Assembly: GCA_963735035.1 (NCBI GenBank) | Contig: CAVTJJ010000004.1 | Coordinates: forward strand, 1,536,001-1,600,000 | Direction: 5' to 3' | Length of the DNA stretch: 64,000 nt | From: an uncultured candidate division Zixibacteria bacterium | GTDB taxonomy: Bacteria > Zixibacteria > MSB-5A5 > GN15 > FEB-12 | Shown: positions 1-8,016 of the stretch, one piece after another | Numbering within the stretch: the first letter of the stretch is position 1 | How the letters are laid out: each line of letters starts with the position of its first letter | Made by a program: the position numbers and the translations under genes | The notes under the pieces: model-generated | The model's database searches: none | What the model saw: the letters and a program-made list of their open reading frames with translations, nothing else | What the model was told of the DNA's origin: nothing

Positions 1-120
1 GTCCTGATTGCCGGGCTGAAAACCGCCGGAGTCAATCTCAATCGGAAAGCTCTGGCCGATATCGCTGCCCGCGACATGGCCACGTTCGAGAACATCGCCA
101 AGATGGCGGTCGGCAAGTAG
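1..120 (+). CDS. rplT: 50S ribosomal protein L20, 3' end (partial)
   Basis: Frame 1 reads VLIAGLKTAGVNLNRKALADIAARD...K*, the L20 C-terminal motif (LNRKxLA). Usual position upstream of pheS. Confidence 0.93.
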   Translation, partial: VLIAGLKTAGVNLNRKALADIAARDMATFENIAKMAVGK

Positions 121-134
121 ACCGGTCGCGGACT

Positions 135-1148
135 ATGTCACTTCTCGACGAAGTCGACCGACTTGAATCCGAAGCGCTCGAGCGAATCGGCCAGGCTGAT
201 TCGCTCGATGCCGTTAAGGAGCTTCATATCCGTTACCTGGGACGTAAAGGTCCCCTGGTGGCGGTGTTACGTCAGTTGGGCAGTCTGTCCGATGACGAAA
301 AGAAGCTGGTCGGCGGTCGCGCCAATCAAGTCCGTACATTACTAGAAGCCAAACTTGAAGAGGCGGTCGGCCGCTTTTCCGAAGGGGAGAAGCGCGGCGC
401 TTTCGATCCCACTCTGCCCGGCACCGTTCAGCATGTCGGCACCGTGCACGTGGTCAATCAGGTGATGCAGGAAATCTGCGACACCTTTTACGGCATGGGT
501 TTTCAGATTGCCCATGGACCGCATGTCGAAACCGACCATTTCAATTTCGAAGCCCTCAACTTTCCGCCCGACCATCCAGCCCGCGACATGCAGGACACTT
601 TCTTTGTCGAAGGCGGACGTTTGTTGCGCACTCACACGACTCCGGTTCAGGCTCGCGTCCTGGCGTCATCAGGCCCGCCGATAAAGATTGTCACGCCCGG
701 CCGAACCTTCCGCAATGAAGCTATCTCCACTCGGTCGCACGTGTCGTTTCATCAGGTGGACGGCTTCCTGGTCGATGAAAATGTCACCATGTCCGACCTC
801 AAGGGTGTGTTGGTGGCGTTCTGCCACGCTTTCTTCGGCGAGGACCTGAAGCTGAAATTCCGGCCGTCGTTCTTCCCGTTCACGGAGCCGTCGGCCGAAG
901 TGGACATCTCCTGCTTCTTGTGCAAAGGTAAGGGATGCCAGCTCTGCAAGTATTCCGGCTGGCTCGAGATTCTCGGCTGTGGGATGATTCATCCGGCCGT
1001 CCTCGAAGCCGCGCAGATAGATTCCGAGAAATATACCGGCTATGCGTTCGGCATCGGCGTCGAGCGCGTGGCAATGCAACGGTACAAGATAAACGACATC
1101 AGACTTTTCTTTAACGACAACGTCCGTTTCCTCAGGCAATTCTGCTAG
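135..1148 (+). CDS. pheS: Phenylalanine-tRNA ligase alpha subunit
   Basis: HPARDMQDTF, LRTHT, FHQVDG, FPFTEPSAE and FGIGVER motifs. Confidence 0.98.
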   Translation: MSLLDEVDRLESEALERIGQADSLDAVKELHIRYLGRKGPLVAVLRQLGSLSDDEKKLVGGRANQVRTLLEAKLEEAVGRFSEGEKRGAFDPTLPGTVQHVGTVHVVNQVMQEICDTFYGMGFQIAHGPHVETDHFNFEALNFPPDHPARDMQDTFFVEGGRLLRTHTTPVQARVLASSGPPIKIVTPGRTFRNEAISTRSHVSFHQVDGFLVDENVTMSDLKGVLVAFCHAFFGEDLKLKFRPSFFPFTEPSAEVDISCFLCKGKGCQLCKYSGWLEILGCGMIHPAVLEAAQIDSEKYTGYAFGIGVERVAMQRYKINDIRLFFNDNVRFLRQFC

Positions 1149-1150
1149 AC

Positions 1151-3535
1151 ATGAGAGTTTCGTACAAATGGCTCAGAGAACTGACCGGCGTCGATTGGCC
1201 GGTTGAAGAAGTAGCGAAGCGCCTCACGCTCTGTGGTATCGCATGCGAATCAATCGAGCCGACCGACCGTCATTTCGACAAAGTAGTCATCGGCGAAGTC
1301 ACCGATCTGAAAGCTATCAAGGGCGCCGACAAGATTCGTCAGGCGACCGTCAATGTCGGCCGTGAGACGTTCGACCTGGTGTGCGGCGCCCCCAATGTCG
1401 CGGTCGGCCAGAAAGTCCCGGTCGCTCTCTTGGGAGCGCGTCTGGCCGGGGATATTGAGATTAAGAAAGCCAAGATCAGGGGCGTCGAATCGTGCGGCAT
1501 GATCTGCTCCCAGCGCGAGTTGGGGTTATCCGACGATCATTCCGGTATCTGGGTGCTCGGCGCCGAGGCCGTTCCCGGAACGCCGCTGGTCGAGTATCTC
1601 GACTATCATGATTACATTCTCGATTTTGAATTGACCCCGAACCGTGGCGACGCCATGTCGGCAATTGGTGTGGCGCGCGATCTCGCGGTTTTGGCGAAAG
1701 TGCCGTTGAAGTATCCGGTAAGTCAGCTCCGCCCGACCAAAGAAAAAGTCACCGATCTGATTAGCGCCACTTCCGATGATCCTAAAGCTTGTCCGCGGTT
1801 TACCGCCCGCATTATTCGCAACGTCAAGGTGGGACCCTCGCCCTGGTGGGTGCAGAAGCGATTGTTGGCGGCCGGCATGCGGCCGATTTCGAATATTGTC
1901 GACGTCACAAACCTGGTCATGCTTGAGACCGGCAATCCGATTCACGCCTTCGACCTCGACCGGTTTGGCTCTAACAAGATCGTCGTCCGGCGGGCGCGCG
2001 ATGGCGAAAAGCTGACGACTCTCGATGGCAAAGAGCACACGCTTACAAGTGAAGTGCTGCTCATTGACAATGGTCATGTGGCCAAGTCGACCGCCGGTGT
2101 CATGGGTGGATCGGACTCCGAAGTCACCGATCAGACAAAGAACATTCTATTAGAAGTTGCCTATTTCAATCCGGTCGTGATTCGTCGTAGTCGCAAGCAA
2201 CTCGGAATTGTCTCTGAGGCGTCCAGTCGTTTCGAAAAAGGTGTCGACCCCAACGGCGTTCCGGCCGCCTCGGCCCGCGCCGCTTATCTGTTTCAGGAAT
2301 TGTGCGGCGGGGAAGTCCTTGACGGGAAGGTTGACTACTATCCAAAACCGATTCAACCCAAAGTTGTCACCCTGCGTCCCGAACGCTGCAACGCCATCCT
2401 TGGGACGACGATATCGGCGTCCCGGATGTCTGAAATACTCCGGCTGCTCGAATTCGAGGTGACTGACGGTAAATCGATCAGCGCGCGAATACCGACCTTC
2501 CGTCATGATATCAGCCGCGAAATTGACCTGGTCGAAGAAATAGCCCGGATCGAGGGGTACGATTCGATCCCGGATGCGATCGAGAACAAGGGCCCGCTTT
2601 TCGCTCCAAAGAATCGTCTTGAGGAATTCGAAAACGAACTTCGCACGGTACTAACGGGTGCAGGGTTCGATGAGATACTTGGTCACGGCCTGGCCGACAG
2701 CAATCAGGCGAACGCCTTGAATCCGCATCTACCGCAATTACGGATATTGAACCCGGTCTCCGCCGATCTAAACATCATGCGGAACGACCTCGCTATTTCG
2801 GCGATGACCGCTATCGCCCACAACCTGGCGCATCGCAATATGGACCTGAAGTTGTTCGAGATCGGCAAAGCCTACTGGCCTCCGAACGCGTCGGGCGAAT
2901 GGATCGAAGAAGAGCGACTGCTCATGGCGGTCACCGGCAATACCTCGGGCAACTGGCGTGACAAACCGCGACCGGCCGATTTCTATGATCTCACCGGCGG
3001 GCTCGACCGACTGACAGCTCATTTCCATTGGCCGAAGCTTATCTTCGGGGCGTGTGATCAACCCTATTTGGAGCCGGATCAATCATTCACTCTGAAGCTC
3101 AATGGTACGGTTGCGGGATCGATTGGACTGGTAAAATCCGACGTTGCCCGTCGCTTCGAAGTGAAACAAGCGGTTTATCTGCTACAGCTTATCACGAAGC
3201 CGCTGTTTGATTTAAGCCACGGGCTTGCGCAATTCACTCCGCTTCCGGTTTTCCCGGCGGCTACGCGCGACCTGGCCATGGTAGTGAGCGAATCGACTCG
3301 GGCAGAAGAATTGGTAGAGACTATTAAGGGTGAGGCCGGCGGCCTCGCTGAGTCGGTCGACGTGTTCGATTTATATGCCGGCAAGCAGATAGGGCAGGGC
3401 CGCAAGTCGATTGCCGTGGCCATCGTTTTGAGGGCTTCGGATCGAAGCCTGTCGAGCAGCGAGGTGGATCAACTTCAAGAGAAGATTGTCGCTCGGCTTA
3501 AGCAGAACTTTGGGGCTGAAATCAGGGATAAGTAG
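1151..3535 (+). CDS. pheT: Phenylalanine-tRNA ligase beta subunit
   Basis: VCGAPNV, GVESCGMICS, TPNRGD, RFEKGVD and a C-terminal FDX-ACB domain; follows pheS. Confidence 0.98.
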   Translation: MRVSYKWLRELTGVDWPVEEVAKRLTLCGIACESIEPTDRHFDKVVIGEVTDLKAIKGADKIRQATVNVGRETFDLVCGAPNVAVGQKVPVALLGARLAGDIEIKKAKIRGVESCGMICSQRELGLSDDHSGIWVLGAEAVPGTPLVEYLDYHDYILDFELTPNRGDAMSAIGVARDLAVLAKVPLKYPVSQLRPTKEKVTDLISATSDDPKACPRFTARIIRNVKVGPSPWWVQKRLLAAGMRPISNIVDVTNLVMLETGNPIHAFDLDRFGSNKIVVRRARDGEKLTTLDGKEHTLTSEVLLIDNGHVAKSTAGVMGGSDSEVTDQTKNILLEVAYFNPVVIRRSRKQLGIVSEASSRFEKGVDPNGVPAASARAAYLFQELCGGEVLDGKVDYYPKPIQPKVVTLRPERCNAILGTTISASRMSEILRLLEFEVTDGKSISARIPTFRHDISREIDLVEEIARIEGYDSIPDAIENKGPLFAPKNRLEEFENELRTVLTGAGFDEILGHGLADSNQANALNPHLPQLRILNPVSADLNIMRNDLAISAMTAIAHNLAHRNMDLKLFEIGKAYWPPNASGEWIEEERLLMAVTGNTSGNWRDKPRPADFYDLTGGLDRLTAHFHWPKLIFGACDQPYLEPDQSFTLKLNGTVAGSIGLVKSDVARRFEVKQAVYLLQLITKPLFDLSHGLAQFTPLPVFPAATRDLAMVVSESTRAEELVETIKGEAGGLAESVDVFDLYAGKQIGQGRKSIAVAIVLRASDRSLSSSEVDQLQEKIVARLKQNFGAEIRDK

Positions 3536-3538
3536 CTT

Positions 3539-3781
3539 ATGTCTGACCAGATTAAGATGTTGGAAGAGAAGATCAGCCAGGTACTTCAAAAACTGGCGGT
3601 AATCCAATCCGAAAACAGCGGTGTGCGACAGGAAAACACCGCCCTCAAGGAGCAAATGACCCGTCTGCGGCAAGAGTTCGACCGGTTCCGGGTCGAGCAC
3701 AACGACCAGGCCGATGCTGTCCGGACCCGACTGACCACCCTTTTGTCGCGGATCGAAGAGCTCGAGCAATTAGGACTATAG
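3539..3781 (+). CDS. zapB: ZapB-like coiled-coil cell division protein
   Basis: 80-aa coiled coil (LEEKI...ENxxLRQEN) between pheT and zapA. Confidence 0.65.
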   Translation: MSDQIKMLEEKISQVLQKLAVIQSENSGVRQENTALKEQMTRLRQEFDRFRVEHNDQADAVRTRLTTLLSRIEELEQLGL

Positions 3782-3790
3782 AAGTTTTTA

Positions 3791-3820
3791 TTGACACCTC
3801 ACCCTCTGAAGTGTTAAGAT
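3791..3820 (+). promoter_or_regulatory. Sigma70-type promoter for zapA-rny
   Basis: TTGACA-N18-TAAGAT with a TG extension. Confidence 0.5.
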
Positions 3821-3873
3821 ATTATAGTATAGAGGGATAGGATGTCCAGACCGTTGTCTGACGGATTGAAAGA

Positions 3874-4176
3874 GTGTTGGTTTTGTCAGCCGAAAACAAA
3901 GTAGTCGTTACGATATTAGGAGAAGAGTACCCCATCATCGGAGCCGATGATCCTGTCTACATCTCCCGTGTGGCTAGTCTTGTCGATTCGCGCATGCAGG
4001 AAGTGGCACGACAGAGTTGCTCCAAAGCGCGCGATAAAATCGCCATACTGACTGCTTTGTCTTTAGCTTCCGAATTACTCGAGCATACCGACAAGCTCGA
4101 GCAGACCACGAACAGCCATTCCAGTTCGCTGGATGGTCTTCTTGCTCAATTGGACCGGGCGTTGGAACCTCGCTGA
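3874..4176 (+). CDS. zapA: Cell division protein ZapA
   Basis: VTILGEEYPI...VASLVDSRMQEV...IAILTALSLASEL; pheT-zapA-rny synteny; start codon uncertain. Confidence 0.88.
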   Translation: MLVLSAENKVVVTILGEEYPIIGADDPVYISRVASLVDSRMQEVARQSCSKARDKIAILTALSLASELLEHTDKLEQTTNSHSSSLDGLLAQLDRALEPR

Positions 4177-4291
4177 CGAGTTCCGGTTCAATCTTGGCAC
4201 TCCGTCATTTCGACCTGTCTTACATCCTTCCCAAGGCTGCAACTTTATATAGATGTCTTCACCCGGCGGCTCGGTCGGGTGGGAGGTGACC

Positions 4292-5854
4292 ATGAACTAC
4301 CTTGTTACGATCCTGATCGCGGTCGTCTCGCTGGGATTCGGATTCGGTCTGGCGTGGCTGTTGTCGCGTCGTTTCGGCGCCAAGAGTCTCGCCAAAGTTG
4401 AGATTCAGGCCAAGCGCATTATCAGCGAAGCCGAAAAAGACGCGGATATGCGCCGCAAAGAAGCGGCTCTGGAAATCCGCGAGAAGACCCTCAAAGAAAG
4501 AGCTGAACTCGAAAGAGAAATGGGCAGTCGGCGGCGTGAACTGGACGCCGCTGAGAAACTGCTCGACGAACAAAAGACGTCCCTGTCGAAAAAAATTGAC
4601 GTCATCGAGAGCAAAGATAAAGAGCTCGAAAGCCGCGCCAAGGCCTTCCAGACCCGCGAAAAAGGTATCGAGCTGGCTGAAGAAGACCTGCTGAAGATTC
4701 TGAAGAAGCAGAACGAACAACTTCAGAGAATCGCCCAGATGACTCCGGAAGAAGCCAAGCAGCAGCTTGTTGACAATATGACTGCCGATGCCAAACGTGA
4801 AGCGGCCCAATTTGTCAAAGATGCCAAAGAAAAAGCCGAGAGGGACGCCGACAAAGAGGCCAAAGAAATTATTCTTCGCTCCATCTATCGTTGCGCCGCC
4901 GACCACACAGTTGAAACCACCGTGTCGGTCGTATCGCTGCCTAGCGACGAAATGAAGGGACGTATCATCGGCCGCGAGGGGCGCAACATTCGCGCTTTCG
5001 AAACCGCCACCGGGATTGACGTTATCGTAGATGATACTCCCGAGGCGGTAATCTTGTCCGGCTACGATCCGGTCCGGCGCGAAATCGCCCGCATGGCGCT
5101 CGAGAAATTGGTTACCGACGGTCGTATCCATCCGACCCGAATCGAAGAAGTCGTGGAGAAATCTCAAGCTGAGATGGAAGTGATCGTCCGTGAAGCGGGC
5201 GAACAGGCCTGTTTCGAGTTGGGCATCCACGGCGCCCATGTCGATCTGATCAAGATGCTGGGCAAGCTCAATTTCCGTACGTCGTATGGGCAAAACGTCC
5301 TGGCGCACTCAAAGGAAGTTGCCATGCTCTGCGGCCTGATGGCGGCCGAGCTGGGTCTCGACGCTACGCTGGCCAAACGATGCGGCCTGATGCACGATGT
5401 CGGCAAGGCGATCGATCGCGTAACCGAAGGTACACACACCGAAATCGGCGCCGACTTCCTGTCTCGCTACAAAGAGCCTGAGTTCGTGGTCAATGCGGCC
5501 GCGGCCCACCATGGCGACATAGCCATGACCAGTCCCTATCCGATCCTGGTTCAGACGGCCGATGCTATTTCTGGGGCGCGTCCCGGAGCTCGACGCGAGC
5601 CACTCGAAGCTTATATCAAGCGTCTGTCGCAGCTCGAAGAACTGGCCGACAGCTTCAAGGGAGTCTCCAAGGCGTATGCAATTCAGGCCGGACGGGAGAT
5701 CCGGGTCATTGTCGAGCACGACAAGCTTGACGACCTGGCCTCGACCATCCTGGCCAGCGATATCGCCCACAAGATAGAGAGTGAAATGCAGTACCCCGGC
5801 CAGATCAAGGTGACGGTGATTCGCGAAATGCGGACCACGGAGTATGCCCGCTAG
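4292..5854 (+). CDS. rny: Ribonuclease Y
   Basis: N-terminal TM, coiled coil, KH domain ([13 protein letters not shown]), HD domain (HDVGK). Start set at ATG 4292 after GGAGGT. Confidence 0.97.
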   Translation: MNYLVTILIAVVSLGFGFGLAWLLSRRFGAKSLAKVEIQAKRIISEAEKDADMRRKEAALEIREKTLKERAELEREMGSRRRELDAAEKLLDEQKTSLSKKIDVIESKDKELESRAKAFQTREKGIELAEEDLLKILKKQNEQLQRIAQMTPEEAKQQLVDNMTADAKREAAQFVKDAKEKAERDADKEAKEIILRSIYRCAADHTVETTVSVVSLPSDEMKGRIIGREGRNIRAFETATGIDVIVDDTPEAVILSGYDPVRREIARMALEKLVTDGRIHPTRIEEVVEKSQAEMEVIVREAGEQACFELGIHGAHVDLIKMLGKLNFRTSYGQNVLAHSKEVAMLCGLMAAELGLDATLAKRCGLMHDVGKAIDRVTEGTHTEIGADFLSRYKEPEFVVNAAAAHHGDIAMTSPYPILVQTADAISGARPGARREPLEAYIKRLSQLEELADSFKGVSKAYAIQAGREIRVIVEHDKLDDLASTILASDIAHKIESEMQYPGQIKVTVIREMRTTEYAR

Positions 5855-5976
5855 CTTTTCGATTGATTATCTCTGTGGGGTATATTAACCTGCCCTCGGC
5901 GGCGCCGGACGGCGTCGCCGAGAAGTCAGGCGGAGACTTCAGCCTACCGTATTGATCCGCCTTAGAAAGTTTTTGA

Positions 5977-6819
5977 ATGTCGTCTTTTACAATTCTGTTT
6001 GTTGCGGATATCTGCGGACGTCCGGGACGACAGGTCGCCGCCCACCTTGTTAAGCCTCTCAAAGAAGAGTTCGCCGCCGACTATGTCGTGACCAATATCG
6101 AAAACGCTGCCGGGGGGTTCGGTATCACCCCCGAGATGTCGCGCAAGATGTTCACGTACGGCATCGATGTCCAGACCTCCGGTAATCATATCTGGGATCG
6201 CGTGCAGGTGTTGGAGTATCTCGACGAGAACCCGAAGCTCCTTCGCCCGGCCAATTATCCCGGCCCCGCGCCGGGGCGCGGATCGTTTGTGGGTGCGGTC
6301 GGCCTATATCATGTTGGCGTACTGAATCTGATGGGTCGTGTGTTCATGGCCAATATCGATTGCCCCTTTCGGACCGCCGATCGCGAGATCGAGAAGATGC
6401 GCGAGAAGACCCAGATTATCATAGTGGATTTCCACGCCGAAGCTACGTCGGAGAAACAGGCGCTTTGGAATTATCTGGACGGTCGCGTGTCGGCTGTTAT
6501 CGGTACGCATACCCACGTTCAAACGGCCGACGAAAGAATCAGTCCGCGTGGCACTGCTTACATCACCGATGCCGGCATGACCGGGCCGCACGATTCCATT
6601 ATAGGTATGGAGAAGGGGCCGTCGCTGGGACGCTTCCTGACCGGCATGCCGAAACGATTCACGACTGCGATCGACGATGTCAAATTGCAGGGTGTGCTTA
6701 TAAGAATCGACACTGAGACCGGGATGGCGCAGAGCATCCAGCGGGTGAGTCGCGATTTCGATCTGGCCGGATATCAGAATAAGGGACCGAATTTCGTAGA
6801 CGAACAGGATGATGTGTAG
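5977..6819 (+). CDS. ymdB: YmdB-family (TIGR00282-type) metallophosphoesterase
   Basis: DICG, GNHIWD, DFHAEATSEK, GTHTHVQTAD; rny-ymdB synteny. Confidence 0.93.
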   Translation: MSSFTILFVADICGRPGRQVAAHLVKPLKEEFAADYVVTNIENAAGGFGITPEMSRKMFTYGIDVQTSGNHIWDRVQVLEYLDENPKLLRPANYPGPAPGRGSFVGAVGLYHVGVLNLMGRVFMANIDCPFRTADREIEKMREKTQIIIVDFHAEATSEKQALWNYLDGRVSAVIGTHTHVQTADERISPRGTAYITDAGMTGPHDSIIGMEKGPSLGRFLTGMPKRFTTAIDDVKLQGVLIRIDTETGMAQSIQRVSRDFDLAGYQNKGPNFVDEQDDV

Positions 6820-6820
6820 T

Positions 6821-7702
6821 ATGACCGCCACGATAATCGATGGGAAAGTAGTCGCCGAACACGTCCACCAGGACAGTCTCAGGCGGGCCGAGGCGTTGAA
6901 ACAGCGCGGGGTAGTGCCCGGATTGGCGGCGGTCCTAGTCGGCGACGACCCGGCGTCGAAGATCTACGTCAATTCCAAGGCGAAGACCTGCAAGAAAATG
7001 GGGCTATACTCCGAAGTAATCACTCGCCCCGCCGCCACCACCCAGGCGGAACTTCTTGAGATCGTGAAATCGCTCAATTCCAACGACAAGATTCACGGCA
7101 TCTTAGTGCAGTCACCGGTTCCGAAACATATCGATGAACTGACCGTTACTCTCGCGATCCGACCGGATAAAGATGTCGATGGTTTCCATCCGCACAATGT
7201 CGGGTTGCTCTTGCTGGGGCGACCGCAACTGATCTCATGTACCCCGTATGGTATCATCAAGCTTCTGGAATACTACAACATCAATCCGGCAGGTAAAGAA
7301 GTAGTAATTGTCGGAAGGTCCAACATCGTCGGCAAACCGCTCGCCGCATTGTTGATGCAGAAGGCCAAGTGGGCCGACGCCACCGTTACGGTCGCACACT
7401 CGCGGACAGCCAATCTGAGTGAAGTCACTCGCCGGGCCGACATCTTGATTGCCGCGATGGGCCGGCCGGAGTTTGTCACAGCCGATATGGTAAAACCGGG
7501 GGCGTCGATTATCGACGTTGGCGTGAACCGGGTGGAAGACGCCTCGCAAGAAAAAGGTTACCGTTTGGTGGGCGATGTCAAGTTCGACGAAGTCGCGGCG
7601 AAGGCATCATATATCTCACCGGTGCCGGGCGGGGTCGGATTGATGACCATCGCGATGCTAATCTCCAACACTATCACGGCTGCTGAGCATCAAACCCGAT
7701 AA
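6821..7702 (+). CDS. folD: Bifunctional methylene-THF dehydrogenase/cyclohydrolase
   Basis: KDVDGFHP, VGRSNIVGKP, PVPGGVG motifs. Confidence 0.97.
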   Translation: MTATIIDGKVVAEHVHQDSLRRAEALKQRGVVPGLAAVLVGDDPASKIYVNSKAKTCKKMGLYSEVITRPAATTQAELLEIVKSLNSNDKIHGILVQSPVPKHIDELTVTLAIRPDKDVDGFHPHNVGLLLLGRPQLISCTPYGIIKLLEYYNINPAGKEVVIVGRSNIVGKPLAALLMQKAKWADATVTVAHSRTANLSEVTRRADILIAAMGRPEFVTADMVKPGASIIDVGVNRVEDASQEKGYRLVGDVKFDEVAAKASYISPVPGGVGLMTIAMLISNTITAAEHQTR

Positions 7703-7731
7703 TCCGGCACGAATTTTCGGTGCCGTCTCAA

Positions 7732-7750
7732 TTGCGCAAAGTTTGCACAA
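7732..7750. promoter_or_regulatory. Candidate enhancer (bEBP binding palindrome)
   Basis: TTGCGCAAA-G-TTTGCACAA inverted repeat (1 mismatch), about 190 bp upstream of a sigma54 site. Confidence 0.45.
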
Positions 7751-7938
7751 TCCTGCATAGCGCACGAAGCTGCAACGGTTTAGAAGATAATTCAATATTA
7801 GAAAGAGACCGGTAACAGAGTACCTCCGGTCTATCTTAGTGGCACTAACCTGTTTGGGTGAGGCGGCTTAGGTGGCCTTGTGCGGCTTTGTGTTCGGGGA
7901 AGTTTTTTCCTATACCGATATGCGCGACAACAAGTTGG

Positions 7939-7954
7939 GGGCACGCCGTTTGCT
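7939..7954 (+). promoter_or_regulatory. Sigma54 (-24/-12) promoter
   Basis: GGGCACGCCGTTTGCT: GG-N10-GC matching the TGGCACG-N4-TTGC consensus, about 60 bp before the 8017 ATG. Confidence 0.7.
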
Positions 7955-8016
7955 TTGTTGCGGGTTAGCTATAAGAACGGGCTGAAGACCGCCGGAGCGA
8001 GAATTTCTACGAGGCA

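Noticed and set aside
4259..5308. 349-aa minus-strand ORF opposite rny, and similar long antisense ORFs (29374-30396, 37640-38521, 49788-50513)
   Set aside because: They are shadow ORFs of well-conserved + strand genes in GC-rich DNA, with no recognisable motifs.
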